This document shows, piece after piece, positions 20,536 to 30,700 of a stretch of DNA of 64,000 nt. The position numbers and the translations under genes were made by a program. The stretch's first letter is position 1. The number at the start of each line of letters is the position of its first letter. The stretch covers positions 43,380 through 107,379 of the forward strand of contig CAVUFS010000009.1 of the NCBI GenBank assembly GCA_963740675.1, given 5' to 3'. This DNA comes from an uncultured Alphaproteobacteria bacterium. GTDB lineage: Bacteria; Pseudomonadota; Alphaproteobacteria; ATCC43930; CGMCC-115725. The notes beneath the pieces are model-generated. The model was not told the origin of the DNA and made no database searches. It saw only the letters and a program-made list of their open reading frames with translations.

Positions 20536-21423
20536 ATGGCCCGGAAAGTGATGATCGCCTGCGCGCTGACAGGCGGCGCCGACACACCGTCCAAGAACCC
20601 CGCCGTGCCGGTGACGCCGAAGCAGATCGCCGAATCCGGCATCGAGGCGGCCAAGGCCGGCGCCGCGATCGTCCACATCCATGTCCGCGATCCGAAGACC
20701 ACCGGGCCGTCTATGGAGCTGGCCCACTATAAAGAGGTCGTCGACCGGATCCGCGACAGCGGCGTGGATGTCGTGCTGAACCTCACCACCGGCGCGGGCG
20801 CGCGCTTCATCCCGGGCAGCAATGACCCGATGGTACCCGATCCGCGCTCGACCATCCGCTCGCCGGCTGAGCGCGTCGCGCATGTGCTGGAGCTAAAGCC
20901 CGAGATCTGCTCGATCGATATGGGCTCGATCAACATGGGCAATTTCGTCTTCGTGAACACCGTGCCGCATATCGAGGAGCTCGCCACCGCGATCCGCGAC
21001 GCCGGCGTCACGCCCGAGATCGAAGTGTTCGAGCCCGGCCATATCGCTCTCGCCAAGAAGATGCTGCAGAGCGGCCATTTCAAATCGCCAAGCCTCTTCC
21101 AGATCTGCCTCGGCGTCATCTGGGGCACGCCGGCAACGCCCGAGGCGATGAAATTCATGAAGGACATGTTGCCCGAGAAGGACTGCACCTGGTTCACCTT
21201 CGGCTGCGGCGCGACGCAATTCCCGATGGTCGCGCAGGCGATGCTCTATGGTGGCCATGTTCGCGTCGGTCTCGAGGACAATCTCTATCTCGCGCGCGGC
21301 AAGCTCGCGCCCTCGAACGCGGCGCTGGTCGAGAAGGCGGTCAGCATCATCGAGGTGATGGGCGAAGAACTGGCGACCGCGGCCGACGCGCGCCAGATGC
21401 TCGGCCTGCGCAAAGCGGCTTAA
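20536..21423 (+). CDS. 3-keto-5-aminohexanoate cleavage enzyme family (BKACE/DUF849)
   Basis: VMIACALTGG…PVTP.QIAE…AGAAIVHIHVRD is the family signature. AGGAGA SD. Confidence 0.85.
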   Translation: MARKVMIACALTGGADTPSKNPAVPVTPKQIAESGIEAAKAGAAIVHIHVRDPKTTGPSMELAHYKEVVDRIRDSGVDVVLNLTTGAGARFIPGSNDPMVPDPRSTIRSPAERVAHVLELKPEICSIDMGSINMGNFVFVNTVPHIEELATAIRDAGVTPEIEVFEPGHIALAKKMLQSGHFKSPSLFQICLGVIWGTPATPEAMKFMKDMLPEKDCTWFTFGCGATQFPMVAQAMLYGGHVRVGLEDNLYLARGKLAPSNAALVEKAVSIIEVMGEELATAADARQMLGLRKAA

Positions 21424-21452
21424 AAGAAACCAACGCTCACCGCCAAGTCTCC

Positions 21453-21497
21453 AAGACGCCAAGAGGGAGGAATCCTTCTTGGCGTCTTCGCGTTTTG
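21453..21497. terminator. Hairpin terminator between convergent genes
   Basis: 12-bp stem aagacgccaaga/tcttggcgtctt followed by cgcgtttt. Confidence 0.65.
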
Positions 21498-21524
21498 ACG
21501 GCTTTCTTATGCCGAAACCGTCGA

Positions 21525-22331
21525 TTAGGCCGCAGCCTCTTTCGGCGACTGATAGCGCGGCGCCGGCTGGCCTTGGAGCAGGTTAGGGATCAGCGCCTTG
21601 CGCTGCGCCGTGAGATCGTCCCATTTGGTCTCATCGTGCAGCGGCGGAATGGTGATAAGCTCGCGGCGATCGAAGCCGACAAGAGCCGCATCGACCAACG
21701 TGCCGACTTCCATCACGCCTTTCAACGCATTCACATCGCGGCCGGAGCGTGACCAAATTTCCGTGCGCGTCGCCGCTGGCAGCACCGCCTGCACATAGAG
21801 CCCGCGCGACCCCAATTCGGCCTGCAGCGACTGCGAGAAGGCGAGCACGTAAGCCTTGGTCGCGGGATAGATGCCGGGAAAGAATTCCGGCGCCAGCGCC
21901 AGCACCGAGGCGATGTTGATGATCGATCCCGCGCCCGCGGCAAGGAAGCGCGGCACGACCGCACCAGCCAGCCGCGTGACGGCGGTAATGTTGAGATCGA
22001 TGATGCGCTGCTGCGCAGCGGGTTCGGGCGCTGCAAAGCCGCCCTCGGCCGCCGCACCGGCATTGTTGACCAACAGATTGATCCGCGCATCCTCGCGCAA
22101 TCGCGCTTCGACGCGATGAAGATCATCCGCATTCGTTAGATCGGCCCGCAGAACCTCGACCGCCCCGCCCGCTTCAATGCGGAGCCGTGACGCCAGTTCC
22201 TCCATTCGCGCCTGATCGCGTGCGACCAAGACGAGGTCGTAGCCGCGCCGAGCCAGGCGATCGGCGTAGGTGGCACCGATGCCGGACGAGGCGCCGGTGA
22301 CAAGAGCGGTTCCGAGCGAGCGACGAGCCAT
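21525..22331 (-). CDS. Short-chain dehydrogenase/reductase (SDR)
   Basis: ALVTGASSGIG cofactor motif and classical SDR length. AGGAGAAGGA SD before the ATG at 22331. Confidence 0.85.
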   Translation of the reverse strand: MARRSLGTALVTGASSGIGATYADRLARRGYDLVLVARDQARMEELASRLRIEAGGAVEVLRADLTNADDLHRVEARLREDARINLLVNNAGAAAEGGFAAPEPAAQQRIIDLNITAVTRLAGAVVPRFLAAGAGSIINIASVLALAPEFFPGIYPATKAYVLAFSQSLQAELGSRGLYVQAVLPAATRTEIWSRSGRDVNALKGVMEVGTLVDAALVGFDRRELITIPPLHDETKWDDLTAQRKALIPNLLQGQPAPRYQSPKEAAA

Positions 22332-22345
22332 GATCCTTCTCCTCA

Positions 22346-22399
22346 TTTATAAATGACGAACGTCATGATTGATATTTATGATACTCGTCATATATAAAT
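22346..22399. promoter_or_regulatory. Candidate TetR operator(s) in the divergent SDR/TetR promoter region
   Basis: Perfect dyad ATGACGAACGTCAT (22353-22366) and related ATGATACTCGTCAT (22378-22391). Both are nested in an outer imperfect dyad TTTATAAATGACGA…TCGTCATATATAAA. The patch is AT-rich. Confidence 0.55.
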
Positions 22400-22430
22400 T
22401 CAAGTGAAATTTACGGCCGGAGATGTGTCC

Positions 22431-22991
22431 ATGCGGGTCAGTCGGGAGAAAGCGGCGGAAAACCGCCAGCGGATCGTCGAAACGGCCGCGCGATTGTTTC
22501 GTGCGAACGGCTTCGACGGGGTCGGCGTCGACGCAATCATGGAAGGCGCCGGGCTGACCCACGGCGGGTTCTATGGCCATTTCAAATCGAAAGACGACCT
22601 GGCCGCCGAGGCGGTGAGCCATGCCCTGGCCCTGAGCAACGACCATCAGAACCAGTTCACGAATTTGCGCGATCTGGTCGGCGATTATCTCTCGGAGCGC
22701 CACCGCGCCGCGCTGGCCAATGGCTGCGCGGTCGCAGCACTGAGCGGCGACATCGTTCGCCAGGACAAGAAAATCCGCAGCGGGCTCACCGGCCATGTGC
22801 GCGGACAGATCGAGCGCGTCGTGCAGCTTCTGTCGGGCGGCAGCGCCGCGGCCAAGCGCAAGCGCGCAATCGCGACGATGGCGGGTATGGTCGGCGCATT
22901 GACCTTGGCGCGCGCAGTCGACGACAAGGCTTTAGCGGACGAGATCCTCGCCGCGGCGCGCGACATCTTTGGCAAGGACGCTACGGCTTGA
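22431..22991 (+). CDS. TetR/AcrR family transcriptional regulator
   Basis: N-terminal HTH region [45 protein letters not shown] before the ATG at 22431. The track ORF starts at a GTG at 22404. Confidence 0.85.
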   Translation: MRVSREKAAENRQRIVETAARLFRANGFDGVGVDAIMEGAGLTHGGFYGHFKSKDDLAAEAVSHALALSNDHQNQFTNLRDLVGDYLSERHRAALANGCAVAALSGDIVRQDKKIRSGLTGHVRGQIERVVQLLSGGSAAAKRKRAIATMAGMVGALTLARAVDDKALADEILAAARDIFGKDATA

Positions 22992-24261
22992 AATTCTTCG
23001 CGAAGCCGGCCCAGACGGAATCGTAATCTTTCTGCAGGGCCGGCGTATCCAGCGCGAATTTCGTCGGCACCAGAACGAAGCGCGTCTCGAACATGAAGGC
23101 GAGACTCTTCAGATGCTGCGGCTGGTCCGAGGTGGTCGAGGCGGCGGCGAAGCTCTCGCAATCGGGCCCGTGCGCCGAGAGGCAATTATGCAAGCTCGCG
23201 CCGCCCGGCACGAAGCCCGAGGGTTTCGCCTCATAGGCGCCGTAGATCAGGCCCATATATTCATTCATCACATTGCGATGGAACCAGGGCGGCCGGAACG
23301 AATGCTCGGCGACGCTCCAGCGCGGCGGGAAGATCACGAAATCGATATTCGCGGTGCCGGCGATTTCCGACGGTGAGGTCAGCACGGTGAAGATCGACGG
23401 GTCGATGTGATCGAAGCTCACCGTGTTGATCGTATTGAAGCGCGCGAGATCGTAGCGATAGGGCGCGTAGCTGCCATGCCAGGCGACGACATCGAGCGGC
23501 GAATGATCGAGCTCGGTCGCCCAGAGATGGCCGGCGAATTTCTGGATGATCTCGACCTTGCCATCGCGCTCTTCGAAAGCGGCGACCGGCGTTTCGATGT
23601 CGCGTGGATTGGCGAGACCATTGGCGCCGATCGGTCCGAGCTCGGGCAAGCGCAGCAGCGCGCCGTAATTCTCGCAGACATAGCCACGCGCCGTCGGGCC
23701 GAGCAGCTCGACGCGAAATCGCACACCGCGCGGGACCACCGCGATATGGCCCGGCTGCGCTTCGATGATGCCCAGCTCGGTGACAAGGCGAATACCGCCT
23801 TCCTGCGGTACCAGCAGCAGCTCGCCATCGGCATCAACGAAAACGCGCGCCGCATCCATCGAGCGGTTCGCGCCATAAATATGGACGGCCATGCCGGCAT
23901 GCGCCGACGCATCGCCATTGCCGCAGGTCGTGACCAGCCCGGCGATGAAATCGGTCGGCGCACTGGGCGGCGGCAGCGGGTCCCAACGCAGGCGATTGGG
24001 CGACGGCTCAGCTTCGGTGAAAGGCGCGCTGCGGATGAGGCCGTCGTCGATGCGCCGATACGCGCGATGCATCGCCGACGGCCGGATGCGATAGAGCCAG
24101 GAGCGGCGGTTGGCGGCGCGCGGCGCGGTGAAAGGCGTACCGCTTAATTGCTCGGCATAGAGTCCCAGCGGCGCCTGCTTCGGCGCGTTCTGTCCTTGCG
24201 GCAGCGCGCCGGCAATCGCCTCGGTCGCGAATTCGTTGCCGAAACCGGTCATGTAATTCAT
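22981..24261 (-). CDS. hmgA: Homogentisate 1,2-dioxygenase
   Basis: [18 protein letters not shown]…[28 protein letters not shown] is near-canonical HmgA. The ATG at 24261 overlaps the upstream stop (ATGA). Confidence 0.9.
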   Translation of the reverse strand: MNYMTGFGNEFATEAIAGALPQGQNAPKQAPLGLYAEQLSGTPFTAPRAANRRSWLYRIRPSAMHRAYRRIDDGLIRSAPFTEAEPSPNRLRWDPLPPPSAPTDFIAGLVTTCGNGDASAHAGMAVHIYGANRSMDAARVFVDADGELLLVPQEGGIRLVTELGIIEAQPGHIAVVPRGVRFRVELLGPTARGYVCENYGALLRLPELGPIGANGLANPRDIETPVAAFEERDGKVEIIQKFAGHLWATELDHSPLDVVAWHGSYAPYRYDLARFNTINTVSFDHIDPSIFTVLTSPSEIAGTANIDFVIFPPRWSVAEHSFRPPWFHRNVMNEYMGLIYGAYEAKPSGFVPGGASLHNCLSAHGPDCESFAAASTTSDQPQHLKSLAFMFETRFVLVPTKFALDTPALQKDYDSVWAGFAKNFKP

Positions 24262-25448
24262 CGCAGCATCCCCGAGCGGCGCAGCGAGGTGATCATCGAT
24301 GTCTCGAGCAGATGCTGGTAGGTGCGTTCCTTCGATGCGCCGAGCGACCGCCACTCATCGAGATTCTTGGCACGCACCGCGGGATCGCGCTCTTCCATCA
24401 GCTTCTTGTTGCGCCCGGTCTGGCCGAGGATGGCACTCACCGCCTCCGGCTTGCGCTGCGGCTCGTAACCGTCGAGCTCGCTCTCCGGCGCTTCGCCATG
24501 CCAGACGCGCGCCAGCCGTGCGGTGAGATTGACGGCATCGTGGATACCGCCATTGAGGCCGAGCCCGCCGAGCGGATTGTTGATATGCGCCGCATCACCC
24601 GCAAGAAACGCGCGGCCGCGGCGATAGGTGGCGGCGACGCGCTGGCTGACGCGGTAGATCGCCTTGACCACGATCTCGTACGGCTCGGGCCGCGGCAATA
24701 GGTTCTGCAGGCAATTCTGCAGATACTGCTCCTGCATCGCCTCGTCGGGCTCGACGCTGGGATCGACCGGCGCCACGATGCGCCACATATCGGGAATTTC
24801 CAGCAGCACATACCATGCGTCGGGATCGGCGGTGTAGTTCACCGAGCAGATATCCATATGCGCTTTGAAGTCGTAGCGCGTGCCGGCGACGAGGAAATGC
24901 TCGGGATAGGTGAAGCCTTCGAATTCGATATCGAGCGCTTTGCGCACGAAGCTGCGGCCGCCATCGCCGGCAATCAGATAATCGCCCTTGAAACTTTTGC
25001 CATTCGCCTCGACGATCACTTCGTCATCGCTTTGCGTGAGACTCGTCACCTCATGCGACATCAGCAGCTCGACGCCGGGGATTTTGCGCAGCTCGGGATA
25101 GAGCCAGCCGACGAGCTTGAATTGCTCGCATTGCAGGCGATAAGGATGGTGCGTGTCGTTTTTCAGCGCCGACATATCGAATTCGACGATCTTGCCCTGC
25201 TGGCGATCGCGATACTGCATCAGCGGACAGATGAGACCCATCTCGACCATCGCCTGCGCCGCACCGCATTCCTCGAGCAGATCGAGCGTCGGCGGCTGGA
25301 TGGTCGAGGCGCGGTAATCGAGCACGACATCGTCGGCGCGCTCCAGCACCGTCACCGGAATACCGCGCTGCGCCAGCAGCAACGCCGCGACCGAGCCCAC
25401 CGGTCCGCCGCCGACGATCACCACACGATCATGTTTACGCTTCATCAT
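24258..25448 (-). CDS. FAD-dependent aromatic-ring monooxygenase (PHBH-fold)
   Basis: [21 protein letters not shown] dinucleotide motif, plus [25 protein letters not shown] motif. Confidence 0.85.
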   Translation of the reverse strand: MMKRKHDRVVIVGGGPVGSVAALLLAQRGIPVTVLERADDVVLDYRASTIQPPTLDLLEECGAAQAMVEMGLICPLMQYRDRQQGKIVEFDMSALKNDTHHPYRLQCEQFKLVGWLYPELRKIPGVELLMSHEVTSLTQSDDEVIVEANGKSFKGDYLIAGDGGRSFVRKALDIEFEGFTYPEHFLVAGTRYDFKAHMDICSVNYTADPDAWYVLLEIPDMWRIVAPVDPSVEPDEAMQEQYLQNCLQNLLPRPEPYEIVVKAIYRVSQRVAATYRRGRAFLAGDAAHINNPLGGLGLNGGIHDAVNLTARLARVWHGEAPESELDGYEPQRKPEAVSAILGQTGRNKKLMEERDPAVRAKNLDEWRSLGASKERTYQHLLETSMITSLRRSGMLR

Positions 25449-25461
25449 CCTGCTTTATCGC

Positions 25462-26862
25462 TCACTGGCACATCGGCGGCACGCCCAGCCGCTCGCGCGG
25501 CGTGCCGAGCGCGCGTTCCGCCGCGCAGGCGATCGCGACCAAGCGCTCGTCATCACCCCCCTTGGCGATGAGTTGCAGCCCGATCGGCATGCCGAAGCGA
25601 TCGAGGCCGATCGGCAAGGTTGCGGCGCAAAGCACAAGGAAATTGCCCGGCACCAGATTGTGCACGATGGCGCGATTCATCGCCCAGAACGTATCGGGCG
25701 TCGGCGGCGTCATGACCGGCGGCGTGACCTGTACCGTCGGACAGGCGATGACATCGACATCGTCGAACCGCGCCCGCGCCGCTTTCGCCGCCGTCTTCAA
25801 CCGCCACAGCCGCAGCAGATAATCGCGTGCCGGAATTTGCCCGGCGGCTCTGACCGGCGGCGCGTTCACGGGATCGATTGTTTCAAGCCAATCCGGCAAT
25901 TCATGATCGAGGAAGGCACGAAATTCGATCCCTGAGATGCCGCCTTCGCAGAAAACAGCGAACGCTTCTTGCGCCTCGGGCAGCGTCGCTTCCTTGACGA
26001 TGGCGCCGGCACGGCCGAGTTGATCGATCGCGAGCTTTGCCGCTTCGGCGATGCCATTCTCGCAGCCATCCCAGAAGAAAGAATCGGCGATGCCAATGCG
26101 GATGCCATCGATGCCGTGTGGCACGCGGCTGAGGAAATCGAAGCCGTCGCCGAGTTGCGGATCGAGCGCGGCAAAGCTGAACGCCGCGTCTTCCATGCGT
26201 CGCGCCAGGATGCCGGGCGTATCGAAAGTGTGGCTCAGCGTGACAATGCCGTCGGTCGACCAGCGGTCCTTGGTGAATTTCAAACCCGCATTACCGGTGA
26301 AAGACGCCGGCAGCCGCACCGACGCCGCGGTGTCGCTGCCGAAAGCGAGCAGCGCCGAGCCTTCGCAGAGACTAACACCCGCGCCGCTCGACGAGCCGCC
26401 CGGCGAGCGGTGCTCTTTCGCATCCCAGGGATTGCGCGGCGCGCCGTAATGCGCGTTGTGTCCGGTACCACCGAAAGCGAATTCGACCATATGCGTCTTG
26501 CCGGTGACAGTGGCCAGTTGCTGGCGCAGGCTCGCGATCACCGGCCCGTCCTGCTCGAACTTCGCCGGCAACCGCTTGGGCGAGCCGGCATATGTCGGAA
26601 AAGCCGAATGCGCGAAGAGATCCTTGATCGAGGCCGGGATGCCTTGCAGCGAGCCGGCGCGCGAGCCGACCGCGAAAGCCGCATCGGCCGCATCGGCACA
26701 TTTTCGCGCATGATCCGGCGCCCATTGCGAATAGGCCATCAACGGCTTGTCGAGGCGATCATGATTGGCGATCGCCTCTTCGGCGAGAGCACGGGCTTTG
26801 ATCTCGCCCTCGCCCATGAGTCGCGCCAGCTCGACCATCGAACGCGCGAGCAGATCGCTCAT
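25462..26862 (-). CDS. Amidase (amidase-signature family)
   Basis: GGSSSGAGV signature and about 466 aa. GGGAGG SD before the ATG at 26862. Confidence 0.85.
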   Translation of the reverse strand: MSDLLARSMVELARLMGEGEIKARALAEEAIANHDRLDKPLMAYSQWAPDHARKCADAADAAFAVGSRAGSLQGIPASIKDLFAHSAFPTYAGSPKRLPAKFEQDGPVIASLRQQLATVTGKTHMVEFAFGGTGHNAHYGAPRNPWDAKEHRSPGGSSSGAGVSLCEGSALLAFGSDTAASVRLPASFTGNAGLKFTKDRWSTDGIVTLSHTFDTPGILARRMEDAAFSFAALDPQLGDGFDFLSRVPHGIDGIRIGIADSFFWDGCENGIAEAAKLAIDQLGRAGAIVKEATLPEAQEAFAVFCEGGISGIEFRAFLDHELPDWLETIDPVNAPPVRAAGQIPARDYLLRLWRLKTAAKAARARFDDVDVIACPTVQVTPPVMTPPTPDTFWAMNRAIVHNLVPGNFLVLCAATLPIGLDRFGMPIGLQLIAKGGDDERLVAIACAAERALGTPRERLGVPPMCQ

Positions 26863-26888
26863 TGCCGCCTCCCTCTCTATAGCGCGGA

Positions 26889-27896
26889 TCAACCGCGCGG
26901 CGCTTCCGCCTTGAACGGCCGTGTCAGCAGCGCCTCGATCACTTCGTCAATCGCCGCGCCGTGATGCAGGATGGCATCGACCGCGCTGACGATCGGCATA
27001 TCGACCTTGAGCTTCCGCGCCAGCGCCGCCGCCGCTGCCGAGGAGCTTACACCTTCCGCCACGGAGCGCCGCCCCGCAACATAGGCGTCGAGCTTCTCGC
27101 CCTTGCCCAACGCCAAGCCGAGGCTGTGATTACGCGATTGCGTGCTGGAGCAGGTAAGCGTCAGATCGCCAAGACCCGACAGCCCCATTAGCGTCTCGGC
27201 CTTGCCGCCATGGGCCAGTGCGAGCCGCACCATCTCGGCGAGACCGCGTGTGATCAGCGCCGCGCGCGCATTGTCGCCGAAACCGCGACCCATCACGATA
27301 CCGCATGCGATCGCCATCACATTCTTCACCGCGCCGCCGATCTGCGCGCCGGCGACATCGTCGGTGAAGTAAGGGCGGAATTCGCGCGTGCCGATCGCGG
27401 CAATGAGACGCTGTCCCAACTCGGCGTCACTGGCCGCCAGCGTGATCGCGGTCGGCAGGCCATTTGCGACTTCGGCAGCGAAGGTCGGACCCGAGAGCAC
27501 AGCGATCGGCGCCTGTGGCAGGCTCGCCGCGACCGCTTCGCTTAACAGCGCGCCGCTTTCTTCCTCGATGCCCTTCGCGCAGATGATCAGCGGCGACGCT
27601 GGCGCCAGCGAAGGTCCGAGCTGCTTGCACATCGTGCGCAGATGTTGCGCCGGCGCGACGAGCAGCAGCGCATCGGCGCGCGCCGCTTCAGCCAAGTCGC
27701 CCGTTGCGCGGATCGCCGGATCAAGCGCGACACCGGGCAGGAACAGCGGGTTGTCGTGGCCGGTGTTGATCGCGGTAACGACTTCCGGCTCGCGCGCCCA
27801 GAGCACGACATCGCGCCCGGCGCGGCGCAGCACTTGCGCGAGCGCCGTGCCCCACGCGCCGCCGCCGATGACGCCGAAACGCTGCATCGCGCTCAC
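26889..27896 (-). CDS. gpsA: NAD(P)H-dependent glycerol-3-phosphate dehydrogenase
   Basis: [15 protein letters not shown]-terminus and a GpsA-typical C-terminal half (…NHSLG..LG.G…). Confidence 0.9.
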   Translation of the reverse strand: MSAMQRFGVIGGGAWGTALAQVLRRAGRDVVLWAREPEVVTAINTGHDNPLFLPGVALDPAIRATGDLAEAARADALLLVAPAQHLRTMCKQLGPSLAPASPLIICAKGIEEESGALLSEAVAASLPQAPIAVLSGPTFAAEVANGLPTAITLAASDAELGQRLIAAIGTREFRPYFTDDVAGAQIGGAVKNVMAIACGIVMGRGFGDNARAALITRGLAEMVRLALAHGGKAETLMGLSGLGDLTLTCSSTQSRNHSLGLALGKGEKLDAYVAGRRSVAEGVSSSAAAAALARKLKVDMPIVSAVDAILHHGAAIDEVIEALLTRPFKAEAPRG

Positions 27897-28951
27897 GCTT
27901 TAACACCGGCACCGCGCGCCGGCGCGGCTTTCGGATCGAGCGGCCAGCGCGGCCGCGGCGCGAAATCGAGCGCATCGACCAGACCCGCTTTCAACCGCTC
28001 GAGCCCGACCCAGGCGATCATCGCGCCGTTATCGGTGCAAAGCGACAGCGGCGGCGCGACGAAATCGAGACCGTCGCGCGCGGCGAGATCGGTCAGCCGC
28101 TGGCGCAGCGCCGTATTCGCGGCAACACCGCCGGCGACAACCAGCGTCTTGCCTTCGGGGTACTGCGCGCGGAACAGCGCGATCGCCCGGCTCGTGCGAT
28201 CGGCTAGGCTGGCAACGATCGATTCCTGCAGGCTCGCGGCGAGATCGGCTTGATCGGCGGCGGACAAAGCGCCGCCGCGTTTCTCGACCGCGAGACGCAG
28301 CGCCGTCTTGAGGCCGGAGAAAGAGAAATCGCAGCCTTCGCGCCCGACCATCGGCCGCGGCAGCGGTGCGCGTTTCGCCTGGCCCGAAGCGGCGGCACGC
28401 TCGATCGCCGGGCCGCCGGGATAGCCGAGCCCCAAGAGTTTCGCACCCTTGTCGAAAGCCTCGCCCGCCGCGTCGTCGATTGTCGTGCCGAGCCGGCGGT
28501 AGCGGCCGATGCCCTCGACGATCTGGAGCTGACAATGCCCGCCCGAGACGAGCAGCAGCAGGAAGGGAAATTCGACCGGCGCGACCAGCCGCGCGCTCAG
28601 CGCATGGCCTTCGAGATGATTGATCGCAACGAACGGCAAGCCGCGCGCCAGGGCGATGGCCTTGGCCTCGGTGACGCCGACGATGACGCCGCCGATCAGC
28701 CCCGGCCCGGCGGTCGCGGCGACCGCGTCGAGATCGTCGAAGCCGACCCCGGCCTCCTCGAGCGCGCGCTCGATCACCGGGTCGAGATGCGTCAGATGGG
28801 CGCGGGCCGCGACCTCGGGCACGATGCCGCCATAGGGGCGATGCTCGGCGATCTGGGAGAAGACGACGTTGCTGCGGATGAAAGGCGCCGTATCCCCGAC
28901 CACGGCGGCGGCGGTTTCGTCGCAACTGGTTTCGATGCCAAGCACAAGCAT
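27893..28951 (-). CDS. tsaD: tRNA N6-adenosine threonylcarbamoyltransferase
   Basis: [16 protein letters not shown]-terminus, HLEGH and SGGH motifs. Likely start is the ATG at 28951, not the track start at 29011. Confidence 0.9.
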   Translation of the reverse strand: MLVLGIETSCDETAAAVVGDTAPFIRSNVVFSQIAEHRPYGGIVPEVAARAHLTHLDPVIERALEEAGVGFDDLDAVAATAGPGLIGGVIVGVTEAKAIALARGLPFVAINHLEGHALSARLVAPVEFPFLLLLVSGGHCQLQIVEGIGRYRRLGTTIDDAAGEAFDKGAKLLGLGYPGGPAIERAAASGQAKRAPLPRPMVGREGCDFSFSGLKTALRLAVEKRGGALSAADQADLAASLQESIVASLADRTSRAIALFRAQYPEGKTLVVAGGVAANTALRQRLTDLAARDGLDFVAPPLSLCTDNGAMIAWVGLERLKAGLVDALDFAPRPRWPLDPKAAPARGAGVKA

Positions 28952-29027
28952 AAACGAAGCGTAGCGGCGGTGTCGCAGCCCAGCAACGGCCCTTCCCTTG
29001 CGCCGCAGCAAATCCTATGACCATCCC

Positions 29028-29975
29028 ATGACGTCCCCGGCTTTGCGCATCGGCTCCCGCGGCAGCAAGCTCGCGCTGCGCCAGGCTGAGATGCTGCGCG
29101 AGCGACTGATCGCGGCGCATCCCGCCTTAGCAGAGCCGGGTGCAATCGAAAGCGTCGTGATCCGCACGACCGGCGACAAGGTCACCGACCGGCCGCTGGC
29201 CGAGGTCGGCGGCAAGGGGCTGTTTATCAAGGAGCTGGAAGAAGCGCTGAGCGATCGCCGCATCGACCTTGCGGTGCATTCGCTGAAAGACGTGCCGGCT
29301 TTCCTGCCGCCAGGCTTCGCCCTCGCCGCGCATCTGCCACGTGAAGATGCGCGCGATGCACTGATCGCGCGCAACGGCGCCCCATCGCTGGCCGCGCTGC
29401 CGCACGGCGCATCGGTCGGCACGTCGTCGCCGCGCCGCCGGGCGCAGCTCCTCAATCTGCGTCCCGATCTTGTCATTGTCCCGCTGCGCGGCAATGTCGA
29501 TACGCGCCTCGCCAAGATCGCCGCCGGCGCCGCAGATGCGACGATCCTCGCGCTCGCCGGATTGAAGCGCATCGGCCGCGACAACGAAGCGAGCGCAATT
29601 CTCTCTGCTGCCGAGATGTTGCCCGCGGCGACGCAAGGCATCATCGCCATCGAAATTCGCGACGACAATTCACGCATCCGCAGCCTGCTGGCGCCGATCA
29701 ATCATCAGCCGACCGCGATTTGCGCCAGTGCCGAGCGCGCGTTGCTCGAGACGCTCAACGGCGATTGCCACACGCCGATTGGCGCGCTGGCGACGCTCGA
29801 CGGCAATCGCATCGCGCTCGATGCGATGCTGCTCTCGCCCGACGGCAAGATCTGCTATCGCGTCGCGCGCGCGACGACGACGAGCCGCGCGCGCGACTTG
29901 GGCCGCGAGGTCGGCGCGGCGCTGATCGAGAAAGCCGGACCCGGCTTCGCCGGGATCGGATCCGGTTCCGCATGA
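29028..29975 (+). CDS. hemC: Hydroxymethylbilane synthase (porphobilinogen deaminase)
   Basis: LRIGSRGSKLALRQAE…GDK…GGKGLFIKELE. Divergent from tsaD. Confidence 0.9.
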   Translation: MTSPALRIGSRGSKLALRQAEMLRERLIAAHPALAEPGAIESVVIRTTGDKVTDRPLAEVGGKGLFIKELEEALSDRRIDLAVHSLKDVPAFLPPGFALAAHLPREDARDALIARNGAPSLAALPHGASVGTSSPRRRAQLLNLRPDLVIVPLRGNVDTRLAKIAAGAADATILALAGLKRIGRDNEASAILSAAEMLPAATQGIIAIEIRDDNSRIRSLLAPINHQPTAICASAERALLETLNGDCHTPIGALATLDGNRIALDAMLLSPDGKICYRVARATTTSRARDLGREVGAALIEKAGPGFAGIGSGSA

Positions 29976-30700
29976 AGGTGCTGGTGACGCGGGCCGAGGG
30001 CGATGCCGAAAAGCTCGCGGCGCGACTCGCGGAACGTGGTCATCACAGCGTCATCGAGAATCTGATGGCCATCCGCTTTCGGCCCGAGGCGACGCGCAGC
30101 ATCGGGCCGTTTCTCGATGGCGTACAGGCCGTGTTGTTCACCTCGGCCAACGGCGTACACGCTTTCGCCGAAGCGACGCAGCGACGCGATTTCCGCGCCT
30201 TTGCCGTCGGCGATGCAACCGCGGCTGCGGCACGGGCCGCGGGCTTTGCCGATGTGACCAGCGCGGGTGGCGCGATCGACGATCTGGCCAAGCTGGTGAT
30301 CGGCCGTCTCAAACCAAAAGCCGGCGCGGTGTTTCACGCCGCCGCCAGCGTCACTGCCGGCGATCTGCAAGGGCTGCTCGAAGCCGCCGGATTCCATGTG
30401 CGGCGCGCGGCGCTTTATGAGGCCGTCGAGTTGGAGCGATTGAGCGATGCAACTCGGCAAGCGATCGCGCAGCATGAAATCGATGCCGCGCTGTTTTTCT
30501 CCCCCCGCAATGCCGCGACCTTTGTTAGGCTGGCGGCAGGTTTGGAAGAGGGCTGCAAATACATGGTCGCGGTCGCGTTGAGTTCCGCTGTTGCCGAGAA
30601 ATTGGCGCCACTGCCCTGGCGCCGAGTTGCGGTCGCGGCTGCGCCGAACGAAGCGGCGTTGCTGACGGCGCTCAACTCTTGCGTGGCAGCGTCACGATGA
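29972..30700 (+). CDS. hemD: Uroporphyrinogen-III synthase
   Basis: MKVLVTRAEGDAEKLAARL… about 242 aa, directly after hemC with an ATGA overlap. The track ORF start at 29720 is an out-of-context extension. Confidence 0.8.
   Translation: MKVLVTRAEGDAEKLAARLAERGHHSVIENLMAIRFRPEATRSIGPFLDGVQAVLFTSANGVHAFAEATQRRDFRAFAVGDATAAAARAAGFADVTSAGGAIDDLAKLVIGRLKPKAGAVFHAAASVTAGDLQGLLEAAGFHVRRAALYEAVELERLSDATRQAIAQHEIDAALFFSPRNAATFVRLAAGLEEGCKYMVAVALSSAVAEKLAPLPWRRVAVAAAPNEAALLTALNSCVAASR

Noticed and set aside
29720-29971. Upstream extensions of track ORFs (hemD from 29720, cpaC from 36918, cpaE from 39211, tadC from 42859, MetE-like from 60615, ABC ATPase to 57922, amidohydrolase to 45545)
   Set aside because: The extensions overlap the preceding genes in other frames and have Arg-rich nonsense composition. 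Internal ATGs coincide with stop-start overlaps or SD sequences.
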